Shown here piece by piece: positions 8,025 through 16,819 of a DNA stretch of 64,000 bases. Source of the stretch: Clostridiales bacterium (lineage in GTDB: Bacteria; Bacillota; Clostridia; Saccharofermentanales; DTU023); NCBI GenBank assembly GCA_028724525.1, contig JAQYCV010000036.1:6269-70268 (forward strand). The letters run 5' to 3'. The notes under the pieces are model-generated. The model made no database searches. It had not been told where the DNA came from and saw nothing but the letters and a program-made list of their open reading frames with translations. The position numbers and the translations under genes are program-made. Every line of letters begins with the position of its first letter. The first letter of the stretch is position 1.

Positions 8025-10211
8025 ATGTTTTACCAAGAGGTTATAAATACTTTTGATCGTCCAGAAGTCTGTGCCCCTCTAGCCCCTGGCGAATCCGCCT
8101 ATCTCAACCGAGAGCTGTCTTGGATGGAATTTAATGACCGCTGCTTGGAAGAGGCCCGTGATAAAAATAACCCGCTTTACGAGCGGCTCAACTTCCTCGC
8201 CATCACTTGCAGCAATTTGGATGAATACACGACTATCCGCATTGCTTCTTTGATCAATATCATTGAGGCCGGCGGTAGTCGGCTAGACCCCGCTGGTCTT
8301 AGCCCCCAGGCGCAATTGGCCAAGCTCTTAGAGAGCAATAAGGCATTTTTCAAAAAGCAATATTCTACCTATAACCGGCAAATCGTACCGGCCTTGGAGG
8401 CAGAAGGCATCTTCCTCTTGCCCCCGGACCTTTTAAGCCAGGAGCAAAAAGCTGAGTTGGATACCTATTTTACCAAACGGGTTTTTCCGGTTTTGACCCC
8501 CATGGCGGTGGATGCCTCCCGGCCCTTTCCCTTGCTGGCTACCCGGTCGCTGAACTTGATCGTGATGCTAGAAGAAGAGGAGGATACCTCTCGGGGAGAA
8601 GACCTCCCGCCCTTTGCCCTCCTCCAGGTGCCGGCCAATCTCCCCCGCCTGGTGAAGCTCAAAACGGCCCAGACAGGCCGCCAGGAATTTGTCCTTTTAG
8701 AAGATGTCATCCGTTTGTTTTTAGACCGTCTTTTTGACAACCAAAAGATCACGGCTGTCTATGCCTTCCGTGTCATGCGGGATGCGGACTTTGATATTGA
8801 TGAGGACGAAAGCGCCGACCTCCTAGCCGAGATTGAAGAACGCCTAGAACTCCGCAAGCGGGGACAGGTGATCCGCCTGGAGATTGAGCACCAGGCCCCC
8901 AAGGATGTCCGCAAGATTTTTAAGCAGGTCTTAGACCTGCCGGATGAGCAAATTTTCCGGGTTCGCGGTCCGGTCGACCTCCTCCTGGTTCGCGGCATTA
9001 TGAAGGCCCTGCCCCGTCCTGATTTGCAATATCCCCCCTTTAGCCCTCAAGCTTCCCCGGGCTTTCTGGCCGACCCCGATCCCTTTGCCTGCATTCGCCA
9101 GGGGGATATTCTCCTCCACCACCCCTATGAAAGTTTCCAGCCCACAATAGATGTCATCGAGCGGGCTGCCAAAGATCCCCAAGTCCTCGCTATCAAGCAG
9201 ACCCTCTACCGCGTCTCAGGCCAGTCCCCCATTGTGAAGGCCTTGGCCAATGCCGCCTTGGCGGGCAAGCAGGTTATGGTTTTGGTAGAACTCAAAGCCC
9301 GCTTTGATGAGGCGAATAATATCCATTGGGCTAGACAATTGGAGCGGGCAGGCTGCCATGTCCTCTATGGGCTTAAGGGCTTAAAAACCCACTCCAAGAT
9401 CACCTTAATTGTCCGGGAAGAGGAGGACGGCCTCCGGCGTTATGTCCATGTGGGCACCGGCAATTACAATGATGCGACCGCCAAGATTTACACAGACATC
9501 GGCCTCTGGTCCTGCAACGAGAGCCTGGGCGATGACGCCTCAAATTTCTTTAACATGATCTCTGGCTATTCTCTGCCCTACAGCTGGAAACAGATTATCC
9601 CGGCCCCCCGATGGTTGCGGGATGATACGGTCTTCCGCATCCGCCAGGAGGCTGACCAGGCCCGTAAGGGCCATAAGGCCATGATTGTGGCCAAGATGAA
9701 CTCCCTCGTGGACCCTGCAATCATTGGGGAGCTCTACGCCGCCTCCCAAGCTGGGGTTATCATTCGCCTGATTGTGCGGGGCATTTCCTGCCTCCGGCCT
9801 GGCATCCAGGGCCTGTCAGAAAATATTGAAGTCCGGAGCCTAGTGGGCCGCTTCTTGGAGCATTCGCGGATTTTCTATTACTACAACGGGGGAGAGGAAG
9901 ACCTCTTAATTGGATCAGCGGACTGGATGCCAAGAAATCTGGACCGCCGGATTGAGTTAGTGACCCCGGTCTATGACGAGGACTGCCGGCACCGGATTTT
10001 CGAGATTTTAAGCCTGGAACTCCAAGATACAGAACGGGCGAGAATTGAATTGGCTTCCGGCGCTTATAAGCGGGTTGATAGGCGGGGTAAGGAAGTCTTA
10101 GATTCCCAGATCGAGCTCTGTCGGAGGGCAAGCTCTGCTGCCCAGGAGGCAAGGCCTGATCCCCTCAATCAAACCCGTTACGAACCCCGCTTTGGCCCTC
10201 GGGACAAATAA
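8025..10211 (+). CDS. ppk: polyphosphate kinase 1
   Basis: 728 aa. YLNRELSWMEFNDRCLEEARDKNNPLYERLNFLAI..., the later KTHSKITLIVR and the PLD-like repeats are characteristic of PPK1. Confidence 0.95.
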   Translation: MFYQEVINTFDRPEVCAPLAPGESAYLNRELSWMEFNDRCLEEARDKNNPLYERLNFLAITCSNLDEYTTIRIASLINIIEAGGSRLDPAGLSPQAQLAKLLESNKAFFKKQYSTYNRQIVPALEAEGIFLLPPDLLSQEQKAELDTYFTKRVFPVLTPMAVDASRPFPLLATRSLNLIVMLEEEEDTSRGEDLPPFALLQVPANLPRLVKLKTAQTGRQEFVLLEDVIRLFLDRLFDNQKITAVYAFRVMRDADFDIDEDESADLLAEIEERLELRKRGQVIRLEIEHQAPKDVRKIFKQVLDLPDEQIFRVRGPVDLLLVRGIMKALPRPDLQYPPFSPQASPGFLADPDPFACIRQGDILLHHPYESFQPTIDVIERAAKDPQVLAIKQTLYRVSGQSPIVKALANAALAGKQVMVLVELKARFDEANNIHWARQLERAGCHVLYGLKGLKTHSKITLIVREEEDGLRRYVHVGTGNYNDATAKIYTDIGLWSCNESLGDDASNFFNMISGYSLPYSWKQIIPAPRWLRDDTVFRIRQEADQARKGHKAMIVAKMNSLVDPAIIGELYAASQAGVIIRLIVRGISCLRPGIQGLSENIEVRSLVGRFLEHSRIFYYYNGGEEDLLIGSADWMPRNLDRRIELVTPVYDEDCRHRIFEILSLELQDTERARIELASGAYKRVDRRGKEVLDSQIELCRRASSAAQEARPDPLNQTRYEPRFGPRDK

Positions 10212-10336
10212 GGCAGTATCCCATATAAAAGGCCTGTCCCCTCGCCAAGCACATGCTGGCAAGGGGCAAGCCTTTAATCTAAGAGGGAATGAGGCATGAG
10301 GACTTAATACCTCATTCCCTGTATTAGAGTCTGAAT

Positions 10337-10933
10337 TTAATCTTCGTTACCCAAGTCTTCGTCGCCCAAGTTGGCAAAGACGTATTCCATAATCTCATCC
10401 ACACCCCAGATCTTCATGACCAAGTCGTCAGCGTGGGTCACCTTCCATTCGTCTTTTTCTTTCACCATGTCAATGGTGAGATCCAGAGTCTTGTTGGCGA
10501 TTTTCTTGACATCAATGGAGGGCATGGTATCCTCTCCAGCATTTTTGGCTTGGTCTTCTAGTTCCTTAAAGATAGCGCTCATATCAGACCGGGTCATCTC
10601 GTAGGTCAATTGCGTTTCCTTATCCTCAGGCTTGATCTCGCCCGACTTGAATTTAATGCTGGTGTTTTTAATGACATCCGTCATAAAATCAAAGCCCTCG
10701 TCGTCGGCGAACATGTCTTCCGATAAATCATCATCCGCAAAGTCTTTCAGATCGGCTTCGGCCATATACTTTTTGAGCTCGGGGCCGTCAAACTTAATCA
10801 GGGCATCAAAAAAAGCTTCTGCAGATTTTTTTGCCTTGTCCAGCTCTCCGCCTTTGGCGCCGCCAGCTGAGCAAGAGACTGCCGTCACGAGCATAACCGC
10901 AATAAGACACAGAATTCCAAGTTTCTTCTTCAT
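10337..10933 (-). CDS. small acidic lipoprotein of unknown function
   Basis: MKKKLGILCLIAVMLVTAVSCSAGG has a signal peptide and lipobox Cys. I prefer ATG 10933 (RBS GGAGG) to the track start 10966. Confidence 0.6.
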   Translation of the reverse strand: MKKKLGILCLIAVMLVTAVSCSAGGAKGGELDKAKKSAEAFFDALIKFDGPELKKYMAEADLKDFADDDLSEDMFADDEGFDFMTDVIKNTSIKFKSGEIKPEDKETQLTYEMTRSDMSAIFKELEDQAKNAGEDTMPSIDVKKIANKTLDLTIDMVKEKDEWKVTHADDLVMKIWGVDEIMEYVFANLGDEDLGNED

Positions 10934-11126
10934 AATAATTACCTCCATAGTTGCAAGGCAGGCCATGGACTTCCTGTCCTTGTTACCTTGCTCTCTTAAC
11001 TAATCTTAGAACACGGCCTGCATGAAAAAATCATCCTTTGTGAGGAGGTGAGGGCCAAGTGCAACTTATATGCTTAAATAAACAAAGTAGGAAACCTATC
11101 TTGTTTTTTCGAGAGGAGGGAACAAT

Positions 11127-13780
11127 ATGACAAAACAATATACAAAATGGTCCCAGACCAAACCCAGGAGAAGACTCTTAGTCTTCCTAGTCCTGGCTAG
11201 CCTCTTCCTAGGCCTACTTCCTGGGATTACGGTAGAGGCGAAAGCCAAAGGCTGGTATTTCGTTTGTAATGGCAAGGAGTATGGCCCCTTTGGCAGTGAA
11301 GACCAAGCAATGGCAAATGCGGAGAAATTAGACTTCACGCGCACGCCTGATCCGTACTATGAGAGTGGCGATGATACCCCGCAATATAATCTCAACGAGC
11401 CAGAGCCCACGCCGGCCCCTACTCCTGAGCCAGTTCCTGATACTCCCCGGGTCGTCACCGTTCAGGTGGTTTAGCAGGGGACAGACGGTAGCTTTTTAGG
11501 CACCATGTCCGGCCTCTTTACGCCCGGCATTTATCAGACTTCTTATTTTGCCCAAGGCAAGAGCTTCCCAGGCTATGTCTATTCGCCCCAAAATAAGGCT
11601 CAGCAGGACTTAACAGAACCAGTCGATCATTATGTGGCTGTTTATTACGACCCTGTAAACCAGCAACCCAATAATCCGCCTGCGCCGGCTAATCCCCAGC
11701 CGACACCCCAGCCTGCCCCTCCTGCGCCCGCCGGCAGGGAACCTAAACCCTTCCCAAACAGGCCAGGCTCAAATGTTCCTCCAGCGCCTCCCACACCAGA
11801 CTGGGAAGACTTACCAACAGGGGATGAAGACTACCCGGAGGATTGGCCAGAAGATAATAGAAGGCCTGCCAGCGACCGGAACGAGGAAAATACCAACCAG
11901 ATGCTCATCCACATTTTTGATTATGACAATAACCAGAGCCTGGGACCGGACATTGTTCTCTCAGATCTTCCGACAGGTACAGAAGTAGATCCTGCGACTA
12001 TTGCCCCAGACATCAACGGCTATATGCCTGACTTTATCCGGACCGCTGATAAATTTGTCCAAAAGCCGGGCCTCTATGAGGATGCCATCTATTACACACC
12101 CAATCCCTTCGGCTATGAATGGTTTGAGGACGAAGGCGACCAGCCCCAGACTCCTGGTGGGGAAGAGGGCGATATGCATTGCCCAGGAGATCCCATGTGC
12201 CCCGACCATCCTTGTGATTCCTCTGATCCCCAAAACCCCAAGTCAATCCCTGACCCGCCCATAGGCGACTGCCCCTGCAAAAATGGGGGAACGGTCTGCG
12301 AACAGCTGGGTCATGTGATCTGCACCCTTTTCCCGGCCAGCGAGATCAAGCAACCCCAGGGTGGGCGGATGCCCATTCCTGCGCCTGTAGCCGGCAAGAA
12401 GCCCCTGGACCAGAACTTCCCCCGTCAACAACGTTGGGACGAATCCTACGATGCCATTATCTATGGCTTTGACATGGCGGGCGCGGTTGCCGCTTTAACC
12501 ATAGCAGAAGAAGGAGGTAGGGTTGTCCTCTTGGACAAGGCTCCCTTAAAAGAGATTGGGTCCTATACTCCCTATACCGAGCAAGCCTTCCTCTATGCCA
12601 AAGATGCGAAAAAGTTCGCCAGCTTTATGGAGGCCTGGAATCAAGGCTATGATCACCTGGACCAAGGCCTGATCAAGGCCTTCTCCGAGGCATCTGAATA
12701 TGTACCCGCTTGATTTACCGCTCATGGGGCAGAAAAGCTTTACCGCTTCCCCCATGTCATGTATGAAGAATTCCCTGGCAGTGAAGGGGCTGGCGCCTTC
12801 CGCCTCAGCGAAAAGTCCAACTTTGACCAGGCGGCTTGGAAACTGATCCTTAAAGCCATGAAACCCTATGTCAAGAAGAATATCTTCTTCCTCAGCGAGG
12901 CCACGGTAACTGACCTGATCCAATATCCTCAAAGCGGAACTGTTGTAGGGGTCAAAGCCCACCTGGCCAAGAAAAACAAGGATGTCAGCTTCCAGGCCAA
13001 GTCCGGGGTTATCCTTGCAGGCGGTGGTTTTGAAAACAATGAAAACATGCTAGAAAACTTCCTCCAGATGCCGGCTGCCCGTGCCAAATACAGTAAACAC
13101 AATACCGGGGATACGATTCCCCTGGCTATACGGGCGGGTGCAGACCTCTGGCATATGGATAATGTCCTCGGCTACGAATTACATTTAGCCGGAGTGGATA
13201 AGCAGTACCAATTCCGCAACCCCCTCCAGGGTATTAAAAATTACCAGCTGGGTGGTCGGCCCTGCTTCGTTGTTGGGCCCAAGAGATTCCCAGCCAGGCC
13301 TGGGCCATTGTGGATGAAAAAGGCCTGACTCAGGCACCTCTTGCCCAGGGCTGGTCGCAAGACAATTTGGCGGAAGTCGCCGCCGGCAAGATCATCAAGG
13401 CAGATAGTTTAGAGGCCCTCGCCCAGGCGATCAAGCTGGATCCCGCTGACCTAGAGGACCAGTTCGCAGACTACCAAAGCTTCTGTCAGGATGGCTGGGA
13501 TTCCCAATTTGGCCGCCGGCCTCAAAACCTCTTGCCCCTAGAGGAAAACGGTCCTTACTACGCCATTCCTTTAACCCCCGTCCTGGAAGCCACCCTGGGT
13601 GGCCCCCGCCGGAATACAGCTTGCCAAGTCCTGGATACCAAGGGCGAGATTATTCCTCGGCTCTATAGCGCGGGTTCCTTGGGTTCCTTCTTCCCCAACC
13701 TCTTCCCGCAGGGGGCAGACCTCTCAGAGGCTGTGATTACAGGACAGATCGCTGGCGTCAATGCCCTCAAAAACAAATAA
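11127..13780 (+). pseudogene. disrupted gene for a secreted, proline-rich FAD-dependent oxidoreductase (fumarate-reductase/FAD_binding_2-like)
   Basis: Track ORFs 11127-11474, 11505-12713 and 12759-13328 all start at coordinates divisible by 3, so they share one frame. They are separated only by TAG 11472-11474 and TGA 12711-12713, and the codons between them are open. ORF 13310-13780 is in a different frame, so there is a frameshift or deletion between 13238 and 13326. Together they read: signal peptide, Pro-rich linker, dinucleotide-binding start (YDAIIYGFDMAGAVAALTIAEEGGRVVLLDK), GVILAGGGFENN, then the C-terminal RLYSAGSLGS...VITGQIAG. Confidence 0.6.
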
Positions 13781-13790
13781 AGAAGCGGAA

Positions 13791-13822
13791 GCCGCTGGTC
13801 CTCAAGACCAGCGGCTTTTTTT
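13791..13822 (+). terminator. rho-independent terminator
   Basis: GCCGCTGGTC-CTCAA-GACCAGCGGC followed by TTTTTTT. Confidence 0.85.
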
Positions 13823-13884
13823 AATTTCCAAGACCAGCAACTTTTTTGCTTATTTGTTTGCTTGAGTCTCGCTTGCTTTTCGGT

Positions 13885-14130
13885 TTTCTCGGATTTCCGA
13901 CAAATTTGCAAGTAATGGATAGCTGTTAGCGGCTAAAGCACCCATTACTTGCAAATTTGCCCTGTCTGACCTCCCACTAGTTGCTAATTTGCATAGAGAT
14001 CCACCCATTAGCTGCAATTATGCCGGAGAATCTCATAATCCGAAGTGCAAGAGCCCAGGGCACCCCCTGCTTGCAGTTTATTCGTCCAGGTAGATAGCCC
14101 ATATCGCAGGAAATTCAGTATAATAAGAAG
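13885..14130. repeat. repeat copy B (inverted relative to copy A): perfect 18-bp-arm palindrome plus phased TTGCA-core sites, ending at a TATAAT box facing the downstream operon
   Basis: CAAATTTGCAAGTAATGG (13901-13918), a 23-nt loop, then CCATTACTTGCAAATTTG (13942-13959). Further related sites have TGCA/TGCT cores at 13982, 14013, 14046 and 14072. TATAAT lies at 14119-14124. Confidence 0.65.
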
Positions 14131-14176
14131 TAAGCAGATAATTTTGCCTTGCAGGCTTTATGGAAAGAGGTTAGTC

Positions 14177-15091
14177 ATGTCTTCAGAACCTATTTTACTT
14201 ATCTTAGCTGCCGGCCTAGGCTCCCGCTATGGGGGACTCAAGCAAATCGATCCCCTGGGACCCCACGGGGAAATCCTCATGGAATATTCCCTTTATGATG
14301 CGGTTCAGGCTGGTTTTAAACGAGTTGTTTTTATTATTGGCGACGATGAAAATCTCTTTAAAGAGGCTATCGGTAGCCGTATGCCGGCAGACCTGGAGAT
14401 GACCTATTGCCCACAAAGGTTAGAGGACCTACCTGCGGGCTTTAGCCTGCCAGATGGTCGGATCAAGCCCTGGGGGACTGCCCATGCGGTTTTGGCCGCT
14501 CGGGATGTCCTGGATGCCCCCTTTGCCGTGATTAACTCGGATGACTACTACGGTCCCCAGGCCTATCGCTTGGTCTATGACTATTTAAAACAGGACGCTC
14601 AGCCTGGCCATGCCCTCTTGGTTAACTATATTCTTGAGAAGACTCTTTCTCCCCACGGCTATGTGACCCGGGCTATTTGCGATATTGATCAGGACAAGAG
14701 CCTTTGTTCGCTGGTAGAGCGTTTCCGCTTAGAAGCGGATGGCGATAGGGTCCGCTATTCCCAGGATGAAGGCCAGACCTATGGCTATGTGGCTAAGGAT
14801 GCCCCCTGTTCCATGAATTTTTGGGGCTTTGATCCAAGTTTTGTGGACCAATTGCAGGCTGGTTTTGTCCCCTTCCTAGACGAGGCTATGGCGAACAATC
14901 CCTTAAAAGCTGAATATCTGCTCCCGGAGCGCATAGGCAGCCTGATCCGGCTAGGGGACTTGCAGGTCCATTGTAAGCAAAGCGCCGACCAATGGATTGG
15001 TGTAACCTATAAGGAAGACAAGCCACATGTCGTGGCATCGATACAAAAGCTGATTGACCAAGGGAGGTACCCCGCAAAACTTTGGGGTTAA
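14177..15091 (+). CDS. sugar-phosphate nucleotidyltransferase family protein
   Basis: ILLILAAGLGSRYGGLKQIDPLG is the NTP-transferase G-loop. I prefer ATG 14177 (RBS AAAGAGG) to the track GTG 14045, which lies inside the repeat. Confidence 0.75.
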   Translation: MSSEPILLILAAGLGSRYGGLKQIDPLGPHGEILMEYSLYDAVQAGFKRVVFIIGDDENLFKEAIGSRMPADLEMTYCPQRLEDLPAGFSLPDGRIKPWGTAHAVLAARDVLDAPFAVINSDDYYGPQAYRLVYDYLKQDAQPGHALLVNYILEKTLSPHGYVTRAICDIDQDKSLCSLVERFRLEADGDRVRYSQDEGQTYGYVAKDAPCSMNFWGFDPSFVDQLQAGFVPFLDEAMANNPLKAEYLLPERIGSLIRLGDLQVHCKQSADQWIGVTYKEDKPHVVASIQKLIDQGRYPAKLWG

Positions 15092-15097
15092 GTGCTG

Positions 15098-16816
15098 ATG
15101 AATTTAAAAGACCAAACGATAGACCTCATCAGCCGGGTTCTCAAGATGGACCCGGTTGCTGTTTCCGAAATTGTCGAAACGCCCCCGCAGCCTGAACTAG
15201 GAGATTTAGCTCTCCCGTGCTTTAGGTTTGCCAAGCAAGAGCGCAAGGCCCCCCCACTGATCGCACAAGACCTAGCTGCAAAAATCTCCTCTGAAGCTGG
15301 TCATCTGGTCAAAGTGGAAGCCCTCGGCCCTTATGTGAACTTTTTCTATGACCGGTCCGCCTATGCCGCTTCTGTCTTTCAAACAGCAGCTGCCCAGCCG
15401 GATAAGCTCATTGGCCATGTGGCTGACCCTGAGCGGGAAAAGCAAGTAGTCCTGGTAGAGTATTCCTCACCCAATATTGCCAAGCCCTTCCATGTGGGCC
15501 ATGGCTTTTCAACCATCCTGGGGGATGCAATTGCTAAACTCTATGCCTATCAAGGCTATACGGTTAAACGCCTCAATCACCTGGGTGACTATGGGACCCA
15601 ATTTGGCCGCCTCATCTACGCCTGGTTAGCCTGGGGAAATGAAGAGGCCTTGGAAGAAGAGCCCATTAAAGAGTTGACCCGTGTTTACGTTAAATTCCAC
15701 CAGCTGGCCGAGGATAATCCAGAGATGTACGATGCGGCCCGGGACCACTTCCGCCGGCTGGAGCTGGGCGAAGAACTGGAATATCAGCTGTGGGAACGCT
15801 TCAGAAAGCTCAGCCTCAAAGAATTTGCCCGCATTTATGATCGCTTGAACATTGCCTTTGATTCCTACAATGGGGAAAGCTTTTACTCGGACAAGATGCC
15901 GGCCATTGTAGACCTCCTTCGCGCCCAGGGCCTGCTTGTGGAAAGCCAGGGTGCCCAGGTGGTCATGCTGGATGACTATAATCTTGCCCCCTGCATTATT
16001 CTCAAGTCAGATGGTTCTTCCATCTATGCCACCCGGGATATCACGGCAATATTCTACCGGGCGAAAACCTGGGACTATTACCGCAATGTTTATATCGTGG
16101 GCAAGGAACAGACCCACCACTTCCAGCAGGTCTTTGCGGTCTTGGATAAGCTAGGCCATCCTAAAGCTGGCCAAAACTTCCATGTGGCCTTTGGCCGCTT
16201 GTCTTTCGGTGACCAAGACTTTTCCACCCGGTCTGGCAAGGTTATTCTATTGGAAGACTTCCTCAATGAGACGGTCAAAAGGGTTTCCGAGATTATGGAC
16301 GAGGGTGGCTTCGATCTAGCTGATCAAAAAGAAGCGATTGCTGAGGCCATTGGGGTGGCCGCCGTTAAGTTCATTTACCTCCGGGCGGGCCGCGAGCATG
16401 ACATTGTCTTCTCCTGGGAAGAGATGCTGGACTTTGCGGGCGATACAGCCCCCTACCTGCTCTATGCCTATGCCCGGGCTCAAAGCGTCTTACGCAAGGC
16501 CCAAGTCAGTCCTGCTGACTTAGCCCAGGCTAAAGTAGAATTGCTAACGGAAGATACAGAATTTCAGGTTTTGAAGAGCTTGTCGCAGTTGGAGCAGGCC
16601 AGCATCGATGCCGTAGCGGCCTATGAGCCTTCTATCCTCACACGGCAGATCATCAGCTTGGTGAGGGACTACAGCCGCTTCTACCAGTCTGTATCCATCT
16701 TGAAGGCCGAAGATCCCGACCTGCGTTTAGCAAGACTGGCCCTCTGCAATCTCTTTGCCTCTCAACTCAAGCTGGCCCTAAGCCTACTTGGCATCGCTGT
16801 CGTCGAGAGAATGTAG
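15098..16816 (+). CDS. argS: arginine--tRNA ligase
   Basis: The class I HIGH motif is present (PNIAKPFHVGHGFSTILGD), and length and end-to-end pattern are ArgRS-like. The start is ATG 15098 or GTG 15092. Confidence 0.95.
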   Translation: MNLKDQTIDLISRVLKMDPVAVSEIVETPPQPELGDLALPCFRFAKQERKAPPLIAQDLAAKISSEAGHLVKVEALGPYVNFFYDRSAYAASVFQTAAAQPDKLIGHVADPEREKQVVLVEYSSPNIAKPFHVGHGFSTILGDAIAKLYAYQGYTVKRLNHLGDYGTQFGRLIYAWLAWGNEEALEEEPIKELTRVYVKFHQLAEDNPEMYDAARDHFRRLELGEELEYQLWERFRKLSLKEFARIYDRLNIAFDSYNGESFYSDKMPAIVDLLRAQGLLVESQGAQVVMLDDYNLAPCIILKSDGSSIYATRDITAIFYRAKTWDYYRNVYIVGKEQTHHFQQVFAVLDKLGHPKAGQNFHVAFGRLSFGDQDFSTRSGKVILLEDFLNETVKRVSEIMDEGGFDLADQKEAIAEAIGVAAVKFIYLRAGREHDIVFSWEEMLDFAGDTAPYLLYAYARAQSVLRKAQVSPADLAQAKVELLTEDTEFQVLKSLSQLEQASIDAVAAYEPSILTRQIISLVRDYSRFYQSVSILKAEDPDLRLARLALCNLFASQLKLALSLLGIAVVERM

Positions 16817-16819
16817 CCT

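Noticed and set aside
11472-12713. Possibility that the in-frame TAG (11472) and TGA (12711) are recoded (pyrrolysine, selenocysteine, Trp or a reassigned code) rather than lesions.
   Set aside because: TAG and TGA both terminate well-conserved genes in this window at their expected ends: TAG for argS, prfB, nadD-yqeK and ogt, and TGA for the 21211-22230 gene. An intact RF2 gene is present. I saw no SECIS-like hairpin just downstream of the TGA. The same gene also carries a true frameshift and a degenerate cofactor loop.
5990-14004. DnaA-box-like ATCCAC strings conserved in both repeat copies (origin-like iterons).
   Set aside because: They match only 6 of 9 positions of TTATCCACA, and there is no dnaA/dnaN context or AT-rich unwinding element.
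13941-14076. Whether the ~32-nt periodic repeats could be a degenerate CRISPR array.
   Set aside because: The units are only loosely similar. There are no unique spacers of normal length between them, the first two units are inverted, no cas genes are nearby, and a second inverted copy of the whole block exists.
15040-15098. T-box leader in front of argS.
   Set aside because: argS starts within a few nucleotides of the preceding gene's stop, leaving no room for a leader of about 200 nt. The 13823-14176 region upstream of the operon shows no specifier-loop or T-box sequence that I could recognise.
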